Below are positions 28,091-41,217 of a stretch of DNA of 64,000 bases, one piece after another. The notes beneath the pieces were generated by a model. It had not been told where the DNA came from. It did not search any database and was given only the letters and a program-made list of their open reading frames with translations. Positions within the stretch are counted from its first letter, which is position 1. Each line of letters opens with the position of its first letter. The position numbers were made by a program, and so were the translations under genes. Source of the DNA: Octopus sinensis (taxonomy: Eukaryota); contig NC_043015.1 in NCBI RefSeq assembly GCF_006345805.1, positions 39,990,001 through 40,054,000 of the forward strand. The letters run 5' to 3'.

Positions 28091-28227
28091 TGTTGCTGTT
28101 ATTTTCTTTCTATTAGCCAGCAAGGGTCTATTTACATAGACCAGAAAATATGTAAAGATATATATTGAGACAGAAGGTGAGATAGATAGATAGAAAGATA
28201 AAAAGATGGACGATAGATAGATAATAT

Positions 28228-28890
28228 GCAATGGAACCTCGGTTTACGAACGCCTCGAAACACGAACGAATCAGTTTACGGATAGATAGATATTTATGTG
28301 CACGGTTTATGGATAGATAGATATGTGTAATGGAACCTCCTTTACGAACGCCTGTCGTGCAATGGAACCTCGGTTTACGAACGCCTCTCAACACGAACGA
28401 ATCAGTTTACGAATAGATAGATAGATATGTGCAATGGAACCTCGGTTTACGAACGCTTCTCAACATGAACGAATCGGTTTACGAACAATTTTTCGAAGAT
28501 TAAACGTCTTGTGTGACGAACGATGTTCTCGAACAACGAACACGCAAACCGGCAACAAGCTGGGAGTATCAATAGGAGAACGTCAGTTGCTGTTTGGCGT
28601 TCGCTCAGTGCATATATCCGTTCGTATTCGCTGTGCCTTTGTCTTGATTTTCTCATAGGGTAAAATAGTCTCGGTTTACGAACATTTCGAGTGACGAACG
28701 TCATTCAGGAACGAATAAGATTTGCAAACCGAGGTTTTACTGTAAATTATGTATACATACACACACGTATAAAAAATAGATATATATACACACCGAGGTT
28801 CCATTGCACATATCTATCTATCAATCTATCTATTCGCAAACCGATTCGTTCGTGTTTATAGGCGTTCGTAAACTGAGTTTCCATTGCACG
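28228..28890. mobile_element. Tigger/pogo-like MITE (~28432-28744) with tandemly amplified left end and an inverted extra copy
   Basis: TIR caatggaacctcggtttacgaa ... tgcaaaccgaggttttactgta. Left-end copies near 28229, 28329, 28360 and 28432; inverted copies at 28793-28890. Confidence 0.65.
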
Positions 28891-28999
28891 TTCGTGTGTA
28901 TGTGTAATTTTCATTATGGATAACCATAAAGTCCAGAGTTCCTGTGCGGGGTGGGGACTCCTAAATGTATGAGACACCCTCTATCCTACTTGCCTTCAA

Positions 29000-29555
29000 T
29001 TTGAACTCATTTAAAAAACCTTTTCTCGATGTCCCCTTTTTTCCCCAGGCTCTGACCCCTCCCCATTACCACACAACCGTAGTGGCAAAGAGGATTGTTA
29101 CCCAGAACCTCTGGTTGGCTCTGTTCTGTCCTCATTGCGGTCCTGGCTTGGGTGACACAAAGGATCAAGTGGTTCCTTTCGTTCTTGACGAACCATCTTC
29201 CCTCCTGTCTTTCTTCTGCTTCAGACCAATAGGTCTTCGTATGATTTGTGCTCCCATGCGTGCAATACCAGTTGGTCCTTTCCCTGCAACACTACAATAG
29301 GAAATATCTCCCAAGATAGTTTCGTGGTCTTCACAGGTCATCCTGACCTGAATTTTCTCCGCTACCATCACCTGCCAGGCCGAACCGCTAAAGCCAGAAG
29401 TCCGCATCAACACCAATAACTCTGGTCAAGACCCTTACTGTTTTTCCTGCCAATGTTACTACAATACCATGTGGTGCAGGAGTCCAGCCTGAATACAACC
29501 ATCCCATGTAGAGAGACTGTATACACCCCGTCATGTATCAGTCAATGATCCCTTC
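29000..29555 (-). mobile_element. Possible decayed LINE ORF1 (gag-like) fragment
   Basis: Higher-GC unique-looking stretch. The - strand reads IFPIVVLQG..PT...GSTNHTKTY across frameshifts, resembling a CCHC knuckle. Confidence 0.3.
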
Positions 29556-29559
29556 AACA

Positions 29560-29948
29560 ATTCTTTACTACTCTAGACACACGGCTCAAACTTTTGGGGG
29601 AGGGGGCCAGTCGATTAGATCGACCCCAGTACGCAACTGGTACTTAATTTATCGACTCTGACAAGATGAAAAGTAAAGTCGACCTCGGCGGAACTTGAAC
29701 TCAGAGCGTAAAGACAGACGAAATACCTATTTCTTTACTGCCCACAAGGGGCTAAACATAGTGGGGACAAACAAACGGATTAAGTCGATTATATCGACCC
29801 CAGTGCGTAACTGGTACTTATTTAATCGACCATGAAAGGATGAAAGGCAAAGTCGACCTCGGCGGAATTTGAACTCAGAACGTAACGGTAGACGAAATAG
29901 CGCTACGCATTTCGCCCGGCGTGCTAACGCTTCTGCCAGCTCGCCGTC
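29560..29948 (-). mobile_element. SINE family B, dimer
   Basis: Reverse complement of family B, with the junction cagacgaaatacctatttctttac. Confidence 0.85.
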
Positions 29949-30550
29949 TTCCCTTCAAAAATTCTTAGAAAACATGGAAACTTCTGTTTGTGAAAAACAG
30001 AGGTATGTTATTTTTGTCCTTGCTCTTTCCAAAGTTATTCACTCAAGCAAAGAGGTACTCTCGTTTGTAACATTCCTCTTCTATACTTTTTTTCCCCCGG
30101 GAGCTGACTCGTGTTTAGTAACTCTTTTAACTCCCAATACTTGCAAAAGATCAGTTGTTGCTGCCGATGTAGTTTTTTTTTTTTTTTTCTCACATACACA
30201 CATTTTAGATATGATGTGCATACGTCGATATGCTTCTATCTGTGTATGTGTGAGAATGTGCATATACATAGAGAGAGGCAGAAAAAGAGAGGGGGTATTT
30301 TTGGTTTTATTCTTCACCATCTCTGTTCCTTGTACTCAATTTTAGCTTTTCTCTGCAACGTCTCTATCAGACCCATCAGAAGCCATTTACTGCCTCTCCT
30401 GTTCCCCAATCATTTCTGTTCTTCATGAGTCCAGTGCCAGTCAGGTGGGACATTGTGGATCCAGCCACAAACCCACGTTATCTCACCTCTGCGAGAAGCA
30501 CTACACATCACCATTCACCTACTTCACACTAATAATCCCCTACGTCCTTC

Positions 30551-30650
30551 NNNNNNNNNNNNNNNNNNNNNNNNNNNNNNNNNNNNNNNNNNNNNNNNNN
30601 NNNNNNNNNNNNNNNNNNNNNNNNNNNNNNNNNNNNNNNNNNNNNNNNNN
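30551..30650. other. Assembly gap (100 N)
   Basis: Run of N; the true size is unknown. Confidence 1.
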
Positions 30651-31381
30651 TACTACAAACATCCTCGTCTAGCCAAACAAAGGCCTTTTCGTTTGTTTTT
30701 CTCGTTTGTTTCTTGTCTTTTATTTCTCGTATTGTATTTTCTTTTATTTCTCGTTTGTATTTTCTTGTACGTGTATTTTTATCTTGTATTTTATTTTGCA
30801 TTTGTATCGTTTTTACGTCCTGTTTTTGTCACATGTTTTTCTTGTCTGTTTTTGCCCCTATGCGAGGCAATTTTATTTTAATCCTCTCGCAATGAAGGAC
30901 TAGTGACGAGTCGTGTCCTGTTTTATCCTTCGAAAACCGCTTATTGAGTTAGCTAGAGACAGCTGATGAACTGGGGATTTTTCCTGTGTGGTTTGTCCGT
31001 ACCTTGTTTTTCTGTTGTAAAAAATGTTTTTTCCCGTTTCCGTTTCGTCTCTGTTTTTTTGTTGTAAAAATATGGCTTGTCCGTTTTCGTTTTTCGTTGA
31101 GTTCTACGTCTAGTTGCAGTGTCCTGTACTCACGTATATATATTTATATATGCATGTATATATACATGTAGATGTAGGTACGTACATATATGTTTGTATG
31201 CATGCATGTATTTTATTTATTATATATATATATATCACCGTGATCACCGTGACCGACCAGGCTATCAGATGTTGCTATACATCGCTGGTCACAATGCGCT
31301 TCGCATTGTTTTAGCCTTCAAATGACGCCATCGCTGGCTAAGCGAGCGGGCCATATATAATATATATATTATATATAATAT

Positions 31382-31439
<58 letters not shown>

Positions 31440-31469
31440 TATATACTTAGAATAACTTAGATATGTTTC

Positions 31470-31660
31470 GACGAAAGATTGGTCCAGGCCATGTCTAACT
31501 GAATCCTGTTTAAGTCAAGTTTTGTTTATGGTCCATTCAAGTAGTGAGTTTTTTTGGGGTGAGTTGTATCCAATTATGGGTGGCTTATCTGGTATTCCTC
31601 GAAGGAATCTATCCAGACTCCGTTTAAAGTTGATGGGATCCTTTTCCTCTTTGATCTCTA
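31470..31660 (-). mobile_element. 3' end of a CR1/L2-group LINE ORF2
   Basis: EIKEEKDPINFKRSLDRFLRGIPDKPPIIGYNSPQKNSLLEW* matches the FK..LD.FL..IPD.P....NSL C-terminal pattern. Confidence 0.65.
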
Positions 31661-32665
31661 CATATATACATACATACAAACTTACATATGTATGTGTGTA
31701 TGTTTGTATGTATGTATGTATGTATTTATGCGTGTATGTAATGCATGTATATATGTGTGTGTGCATGAATGTATGTATGTAATGTATGAAATACACATAT
31801 ACAAATATATATATACATACATACATATAAACTTACATACACACACGTATATACATACAAACATATACACATATATTACACACACACACACACATACTCA
31901 CACACACACATGCAGAGACAGTCGCCCTGACAAATACCATGATTAACACTCCCACTAACATCATCAACAGTACCACCGCCCTCACCAGCAACATCACCAT
32001 CATTACCGCCATTGCCACCACCACCACTGCCTTGACAACTACTAGCATTAACACCACCAACACCATCACCCCTACCACCACCACCACCACCAGTCTCAAA
32101 TACCCTACAAAGGTCATAGGTGTTGCCCTACCCAATCTGATATAATACCACAACGAAAAAGAAAGAAAGAAAGAAAAGAATAATAAAATAAGATAATTCT
32201 CGGTTTTCATTGAAATTTGTGGGGAAAGCGAAGACCAAGCAATTTTAAGTGGAGCTTCAATGAAAACACAACAAAAAACAGAAGAAAATGCAATAAAACA
32301 AGCTTAAAACATCAACATAAAAGAAACAGTTTTGAAAGATGGCTGCAAATGTCGTCTGACCAGTTCTCAGAAATATTTGTAAAGAATATAGGTTGTTTGT
32401 AATGAGTTAATGAATAAATAATAGATTAACGGAGTTAATTTAGCTTTTAAATTTCACTGAATAGAAATTACTGGCACAGAATTCAACTAAATTTGCATAA
32501 GATCGAATTAATATCGAATTAAAAGTAAATTAATTATTTCAGAGTAAGTTGGAGATGAATGGCGTTCGCATGAGGTTGGGCATATAATTTATCTTTTGGT
32601 TGATTAGTCGGGGAAACAGGCGTATATACATGAGTGAGTACGTCATACATATGTGATGTGATGTT

Positions 32666-32731
<66 letters not shown>

Positions 32732-33202
32732 CGTGCATGCGGAGGGGGGGGCGTGTATGCAAGCGTGTGAGTGTGTAATTTCTGTGTGAATGTCTGCATA
32801 TGTGCATACATATATATACACATGCACGTATCTGAAACGGAAATATATACATACACACATACATACATACATACATACATACATACATACATACATACAT
32901 ACATACATACATACGTACATACGTATGTACATACAAGCATCCATCTTTTTCGCTCTCTCTCCTTTTCTCTCTCCCCTTCTCTCACTCGGTCTCTCTCTCT
33001 ATATATATATACATTCATATGTATATGTTAACATATATATGCACACATGTATACATATATACACACACGCACAACAATGCATATATACAAACACACACAC
33101 ACACTCACACATAACACACACACACACAACACATATATATATATATAATATATATATATATATATAATATATACCTACCTATATCTATATCTATATATAT
33201 AT

Positions 33203-33244
<42 letters not shown>

Positions 33245-34191
33245 CTATATATATATATACATCCATACATACGCGCGCGCATATATGCGTACGTACATAC
33301 ATACATACATACATAATACATACATACATACATACATACATACATACATGCATACATACATGTATGCATGCATACATACATACATAACATACACACTCGC
33401 ATCAAAATAGCCAAGTGCCAACGTAACAAGCATGATTTGCTTGGTACAGGAAGGGAAAATCGTGTACAACCTTAGATATAAACTTACTTGCAGATGTAAA
33501 CGTCAGTTCTAAAATCAACGAAAATGAGAATGTCTACGGATAAATGCTTCGAAACCTACGGCTCCTGTAGACCGATTATAAACTTACATTTGTACCAAAA
33601 GTCTTTGGTGCACTTGTTTAAGTTATTAAATTCCTACGCCACAAAGTAGAAAAGTTACGGTCTTCGAGATAAGAAAGGGACCGACCAGGACGAAATCTAC
33701 AGAAACAATATGAACGAAAAACTGTAAAAATATGCAAGATTTTCTTAAAGTTCGCCATTTGTTATCGTTGTTGTGACTAAAATTTCTGTGACCGAGTTTT
33801 TATTTGCCTGTAAAAAATTTCCCGTAATAAATTTTTTATTTGCCGGTAAGAAATTTCTGTGAGTGAGTTTTTATTTGTCTGTAAGAAACCCGCTCTTTCA
33901 TTTGAGAAAGAATGCAAAAAAAGTAAGAACAGAAAAAATGTGTACACAAATATCTTTCATCTTTTAGTTCTTTCAATCATTAGACTGCGGCCATGCTGGG
34001 GCACCGCCTTGAAGAGATTTCAGTCGAACGAATCAACCCCTGTACTTTTTTAAAGCTTGCTACCTATTCTATCGGTGATTTTTGTCGAACCGCTAGGTTA
34101 CGGGGGCGTATACAATGCATACATACATAGACGTGTGCGCACACAGATAAATAGCTAGATAAGATAGATAGATAGATAGATAGATAGACAA

Positions 34192-34240
<49 letters not shown>

Positions 34241-35647
34241 ACAGTCAGAGAAAGAGAGAGCCGTGTTGAAAATTTTATTTCTATCCATGATGTTATTAAG
34301 TAGCAATGCTGACTCTACGACTTTTTCCGTTTTTCCTGTGTCTTCTGTGAAACATGCGTTACTCGATTACATGAACAGGAAAATAATAAACGGACATGTA
34401 TGGGATCTAAATATCCTGGCTGGTTTGTGACAGTCGCTCTCTGTTTCAAGGAGAAAACACATACAGGGCATAGTTATGCTGTTATAAATGTGCATCTCTT
34501 TTCCATTATTTACATTCTCTGTAATTCTCTGCAAATCATTCATTCAGAAAATCCTAGCAAGTTCAAGATAAAAGATATGCACTGCATGACATTTCGCCTT
34601 AGTTATTAATATCAAGACAAAAACATAAAGACAAAAGCCGTACTAGTTAATAATTCTGTCAGCTGACCTTTTTCTCTTTTTTTGATCAGTTATTCATGAA
34701 GAACCGGTTGATTAATGTGTCGTCTGTTATCCACGTGGCAGACGACACAGGCAGACATATTGAAACTTTTATATTATATTTATCTTTAAACATAAAATTT
34801 CAAGAACAATCCCAATAATTTTGATTGAAACTTCACTTTATAGATACCAATTAACAAATTAAAATATATTTATATATTTATTTATTGTTATAATTACTCA
34901 TAAGCATATTTGATGGATTACATATGCAAATTTTTTTTAATTATATTACACAATGGTGTTGTTTTCTTTAAAAGTGACTGTTCCTATACATAAATATATA
35001 TAATCAATGGGTGATTAGTCGTATTGATTCCAGGTGAATGTATGATATCTATACCTTCTCTAACATCGAAAGTTGTGTATCATAATCCTATGCAGTGTAG
35101 CGTTACCAAATACTGTGTGTCTGGATTCGCTTCTACATCATTCGTAGCAATAACATCCTTCGATTTCCATCACGGAGACTGTCTTTACAAGACTGCAGTC
35201 GGAACTTTGTTCGGTGAAAACTCCAAATTACTTTTTAACTGACAAATTTAAAGAACGCATTGAAATGAGAGGTATCAGCCAAAAGAACTAACGTACAAGG
35301 GGAATATTTGAAGGTGAAATACCATTTAAAATCAAAGTCTACTGGCATATGGTTGTGAAGACAGATCTCATAGTTATCAAAACAAAAAAATTGTGGTGTT
35401 TAGTTAAGGTCTTTCTATGTTCAAATTTCACCTGAGCCGACTTGCTCTATTCGATGGCATCTTTTCATCTCTGAATGTACGAATAATACTTGCCCTCTTT
35501 AGCATCATCTGCCAATAGTGATAATAAGGGAGGAGAACGGTCGCAAACTGGTGACGTCCATGTGGTTGATGTGTGTAAGGAAGAAATGACACAGTGTTTG
35601 ATACCAGTGGTAAAATATGTTATAAGATAGTCGAAATCGAAGCTATG

Positions 35648-35779
35648 ACACTCAACTTTAAACTTTTGAATTTTGTTCTTTCATATACGTTGCACATATT
35701 AAATGGGGCCGTATGGAAAATGTTTTGAGTTCGATTTTAAGTGTCTTCTACTCCTACACATGGAATCAACACAAGTCTT
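35648..35779 (+). repeat. 132-bp segment duplicated in inverted orientation at 38609-38740
   Basis: Direct comparison shows 3 mismatches; both copies give MGPYGK.FEFDFKCLLLLHMESTQV in the ORF track. Confidence 0.9.
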
Positions 35780-35939
35780 GAGAGGGAAACTGTGCGGGCG
35801 CCAAGGATGTGATTTGAAGGTCATCCTTGTTACACACTGTTTCACGTTGAAACGGTCAGAGAATTACATTAAGAGTACATGGGCCTATGGAATACTCACC
35901 CACATGGACTATAGTTTGCAGGTTGTTCCTTTTGTTCAG

Positions 35940-35983
<44 letters not shown>

Positions 35984-36166
35984 GTAGGCACGCCCTATGT
36001 GAGGTTTCTATACACGTATCTCTGAAATTATTAATCACACCATAATTTCGTTTGAGTTGGAAGTTTTTTTTAATCAAACAGCGAAAATATTTATTGTGCA
36101 AATGGACAAGAGGGAGTTTACTTAACATCAGGCAGATCATAAACTTGACAATTCGAAAATTATAAT

Positions 36167-36630
36167 GCAAAGATCCTATGGGATTTTATGATCCAGTGCG
36201 ACCTTGAGATAGAAAATAGAAAACCAGACATAGTCTTAATTGAAAAATAAAGCAAACGATGCTGGATCATAGGTATAGCATGCCCAGCTGACAACAAGGT
36301 ATGCGATAGGGAAGAAAGAAAAGTCGATAGATATAACAGGTTAGCTTTGGAGGTTAAGCAGTTGTGATCACTGAAAAAAGTGGTAGTAGTACCAATAATT
36401 GTGGGAGGCCTGGAAACAGTGAGTAAAATCTTGAGAAGTACATGGAATAAATAGGGGCAACAATAAGGGTGGAGCACTTGCAGAAAGCAGCACTGCTTGG
36501 AACAGCTCGAATACTCCGGATGGTGCTCGAAAAATAAGAGGTGTTACCTTAGTTCACAGGTAGTGAACAACTGACACTGTAGTACATCTCCAGCGTTAGA
36601 AGCTGTGCAAAGACATTAAAATAATAATAA
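36167..36630 (+). mobile_element. 5'-truncated R4/Dong-clade non-LTR retrotransposon (restriction-like endonuclease relic)
   Basis: Translates AKILWDFMIQCDLEIENRKPDIVLIEK*...IACP...VVVPIIVGGL...LQKAALLGTARILR, with stops and a frameshift; ends in (AAT)n. Confidence 0.8.
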
Positions 36631-36865
36631 GTATTATTATTACCATTATTATTGTTTTAGATTTTTCCCACAAGGGCATCTTGGTGGAGGTGGGGATGAG
36701 TCGATAACATAGACCCCAGTGTTCAACTGGTACTTATTTTATCGACCCCGAAAGGATGAAAGGCAAGGTAGACCTCAGCGGAATTTGAACTCAGTACGTA
36801 GCGACGGCCGAAATACTGCTTAAACATTTCGTCCAGCGTGCTAAGCATTCTGCCAGCTCGCCGCC

Positions 36866-36935
<70 letters not shown>

Positions 36936-38002
36936 TAATAATGTTTATTTGAAAGCGAGGCTAAGGGAAAAATTGGCATAAAGCCCCCACGTTAACGGCG
37001 GATTTGACTCCGCTGAGGGTTTATTTCACTGATTTGTGTCTAATAAAGACAGCAGTCCTTGAGAATTTCACAGGTCTTCAACTCTCGGCCATTGATACAC
37101 GCGGGAATTGCGTTTAAAAAATACAAGACATTTCTTCAATTTTTTTCTTTTACTTGTTTCAGTTATTGGCCTGCTGCCATACTGGGGCACCTCCTTGAAG
37201 AGTTTTATCAAAAAATCGACCACAGTCTTTTTTTTTTTCCTTTTTGAAGACCGGTACTAATTCTACGGATTTCTTTTGCCGGACCGCTAAGTGACGGGGA
37301 CGTAAACAAACCAACGCTGGTTGTCTAGCGGGATGGGCGACAAACACATACACAAAGACACATACGAACAGATATACATACATATACATGTGTGTGTGTA
37401 AGTGTATACATACAACTCTCTCTCTCTCTCTCTCTCTCTCCCCTCACACGCACACACACACACACGTCAGACTTCTTTCGGTTTCTGTTTACCAAATCCA
37501 CCCAGAAGGCTTTGGTCAGCCCAAGGTTATAGTAGAAGACTCATGCCCAAGATTCTACACACTGAGACTGAACTCGAAACCATTTGGTTAGGAAGTAAAA
37601 GTTATATTTAGTAATAATTCTGAGATAGATTGGTACAACTTTTAGAGCGTCGAACAAAATGCTTTGCGATATTTAGTCACATGTCTTTACATTTTAAGTT
37701 CAAATTTCTGTTGTGGAATTTACCTTTCATCGTTCTAAGGGCGATAAAATGAAATACCAGTAAAGTACTGGATCAATAATATCGATTACACACCCCGCCC
37801 CCACCACACACACACATACATACACACGTACCAGTACCATGGCTACAGTGTGTGCCGCTCTGAGCAATCTTTGGGTTTGCTGTCCCGCGCCCCTATAGTC
37901 TCATAGAGCAGAACTAAAAGCGGACCGTCCGATCGAACCCGCTGGCCACGTTTTCCATACACTCACTGACACACACGCACACTATATGGTCCTGTGTTAA
38001 AT

Positions 38003-38575
38003 CCTTTCTATTATAAGCACAAGGCCTGAAATTTCGGGGGAGGGGGCCAGTCGATTGGCTCGACCCCAGTAGGCAACTGGTACTTAATTTATCGACTCCG
38101 AAAGGATGAAAGGCAAAGTCGACGGCGGAATTTGAACTCAGAAGGTAAAGACAGACGAAATACCTATTTCTTTACTACCCACAAGGGGCTACACACAGAG
38201 AAGACAAACAAGGACAGACAAAGGGATTAAGTCGATTATATCAACCCCAGTGCGTAACTGGTATTTATTAATCGACCCCGAAAGGATGAAAGGCAAAGTC
38301 GACCTCGGCGGAATTTGAACTCAGAACGTAACAGACGAAATACCTATTTCTTTACTACCCACAAGGGGCTAAACTCAGAGGGAACAAACAAGGACAGACA
38401 TAGGTATCAAGTCGATTACATCGACCCCAGTGCGTAACTGGTACTTAATTTATCGACCCCGAAAGGATGAAAGGCAAAGTCGACCTCGGCGGAATTTGAA
38501 CTCACAACGTAACGCAGACGAAATACCGCTAAGCATTTCGCCCGGCGTGCTAACGTTTCTGTCAGCTTGCCGCCT
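38003..38575 (-). mobile_element. SINE family B, trimer
   Basis: Three cores, period ~180 bp, same junction. Further monomers near 2385-2565, 23190-23425, 36660-36868 and 50000-50510. Confidence 0.85.
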
Positions 38576-38608
38576 GGTCCTGTGCTAAATGCAATATTGT
38601 AAAACCAA

Positions 38609-38740
38609 AAGACTTGTGTTGATTCCATGTGTAGGAGTAGAAGACACTTAAAATCGAACTCAAAACCTTTTCCATACGGCCCCATTTAATATGTGCAAGG
38701 TATTTGAAAGAACAAAATTCAAAAGTTTAAAGTTGAGTGT
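38609..38740 (-). repeat. Inverted copy of 35648-35779 bounded by the 14-bp direct repeat TGTAAAACCAAAAG
   Basis: Direct repeat at 38598-38611 and 38738-38751. Confidence 0.9.
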
Positions 38741-40096
38741 AAAACCAAAAGTTCGAAATAACGTAGATTCTCTCAAATTCTTACAATTTATTGGTTCATC
38801 TATCGAATATAGATTCTGTCAACATCCACATCACACCTCCGCCATATCACACCTCCGCCACGTCACATCTCCGCCACGTCACACCGCCGCTACGTTACAC
38901 CGTTACACAGTCACACACCACACCACCACGTTGCACTGCTCCATGTTACTCCACCACCATCTTATATAATTCCATGATACAACGTTACACGACCATGTTA
39001 CACTGTCTTAATGTGACACCTGCGTATTGTACAGTTACATGTTACACTGCCGTGCTTCCCCCTTCCACGTTACATTGCTCTATGTAACACACCACTAGGT
39101 TACAATGAAAATGTTATGTTACGGTATTACATCACTATGTTACACCATTCTGTGCTACATCGTTCCGTGTTACACCACTAAGTTACATTATTGTATTTCA
39201 AACAGCTACATGGTACACCATCATGTTTCACTATCCCATGTACCCTATATGTGTCACATGTGACATTCCTTGTACCCAGTGGCGGTATATTATCATCAGG
39301 CTAGCTGCCCGGATGAAAAGCCCGTAGTGTACAGATATCATCATTTTTACACTAACACCACCACCATCATCTACACAATCAACCCCACCACCACCACCAT
39401 CATCGTCATCATCATCATCACTACCATTATCCACCACTGCCATCACCACCATCACCCCCATCATCACCACCACCACCGCCGCCATCATCGTCATCATCAT
39501 CATCATCATCATCACCACCATCACTACCACCACCATCACCAAACCACAACGTTGTCATTGACTAATATAAAAAGCTGTTTCACCAGATTTCAAAGATGTC
39601 ACATTGCCAATTTGACATTAACAGATGTCGTTTGACATTTGAATGAAATATGTCACATATCTTTAGAACCATCCTTTATACACACACACGGTATTATATA
39701 TATATATATACAAGATAAGAAAATGGAGAAATACATCTAAATCAAATATCAATTACCAGATAATACTCAATCACATACTTTATTAAACCACCACATAAGA
39801 GACTGTAGGGTTAAACATAAAAAAGCAGAACAAATCAGTGTACATAAAGGAATGTACATAAAAAAGTGAACATAAAAGAGTAATGTTGTATAATAAGTAG
39901 ACTATATATAAAATATAATATAAGTAATTAATAGTTATCGCCATACTAATATGGCATTCTTATAAAAATAAGAAAAAAGCTGTCCGCTTATTAGCTCCAT
40001 GAGGCCATCGCCTTAAGTTAGCTATTCGATACACAAACTGTATCCATATAACCTTCGAACAAGGGAGGTCAGTCGCTCCACACTACTTGACCGACA

Positions 40097-40139
40097 GCTA
40101 CAGACGCGTTTCAGGGTATTTGCCCTTTGTCAATGCAGC
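40097..40139 (-). ncRNA. Mirror copy of the U3:A8 hammerhead ribozyme
   Basis: Exact reverse complement of 40247-40289, in the other arm of the palindrome. Confidence 0.65.
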
Positions 40140-40246
40140 GTAGTCAGACCCAGTATGTGTCGCTTCTGACTATCTCTGTTCGAAGGTTTTATTTACCTAG
40201 TTTCGGTGGAATACATCCACTTGTTTTCAATACTGGGTCTGACTAC

Positions 40247-40289
40247 GCTGCATTGACAAAGGGCAAATACCCTGAAACGCGTCTGTAGC
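40247..40289 (+). ncRNA. Minimal type I hammerhead ribozyme with U3:A8 core variant
   Basis: GCTGCA-TTGACAA-AGGG(caaata)CCCT-GAAA-CGCGTC-TGTAGC; palindromic stem III ACGCGT. Confidence 0.65.
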
Positions 40290-41034
40290 TGTCGGTCAAG
40301 TAGTGTGGAGCGACTGACCTGCCTTGTTCGAAGGTTATATGGATACAGTTTGTGTATCGAATAGCTAACTTAAGGCGATGGCCTCATGGAGCTAATAAGC
40401 GGACAGCTTTTTTCTTATTTTTATAAGAATGTCATATTAGTATGGCGATAACTATTATTTTCCAGGAACGCTGCCGTGATCTCTTTTAGAGAGACTTAGT
40501 AATTTTAATATTTCTATTATAATATAAGTAAATATAAATATAAGTATAGATTACATGCATCGCAATCCTTAACATTTATGTATTAACTTTGTTGGGTACT
40601 TCACTAGCAGTATATTGGATATATGTTATCCCATGGAGGGTTGCATTTACAACCCCTATCTCAATTTGTATATATATATATATATATATATACCCAGCCA
40701 TATACACACTTCCTATGCGTGTAAACATATGTGTATATGCGGGTGTATATGTATGTGTATGTGCATGTGTGCGTGTGTATGTTTGACACCCGAGGAATAA
40801 ACTGATAAATCCATTCACTGCATATGTGTGTGTGTATGAAAAAGTAAAAAGTCAAAATGTACAATTTCTATTATCAAATAATTACAAAATAGATTATGTC
40901 ATACCGGTTTCATTTCTAATAAAAGATACTCATTCATCTACGAAGGCGTAATGCCTGACCTTCAGCATTCATCGAAAAAATATACCTTGTATGTATGTAT
41001 GTATGTATGTATGTATGTATGTATGTATGTATCT

Positions 41035-41108
<74 letters not shown>

Positions 41109-41217
41109 TATATAAACTGATTTATTTGGCATATGCTATTTTTGTTTTAAGGTCAAGAACTTGGAAGTAAGACAGAACGTAAACGCTGAGGTAGTGATCA
41201 GACCAAACTAATCCACG

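Larger units (their letters stand above)
39929..40457. mobile_element. Long palindrome (228-bp arms, 73-nt spacer); probable inverted Penelope-like pseudo-LTR
   Basis: 39929-40156 is the reverse complement of 40230-40457 with 2 mismatches seen; contains the hammerhead motif. Confidence 0.75.

Noticed and set aside
30445-30881. ORFs spanning 30551-30650
   Set aside because: Artefacts of reading through the N gap.
34985-35040. TATA-like and TTAGT initiator-like motifs as the filamin promoter or 5'UTR exon
   Set aside because: Such motifs are too common in this AT-rich sequence; cannot be supported without CAGE or RNA data.
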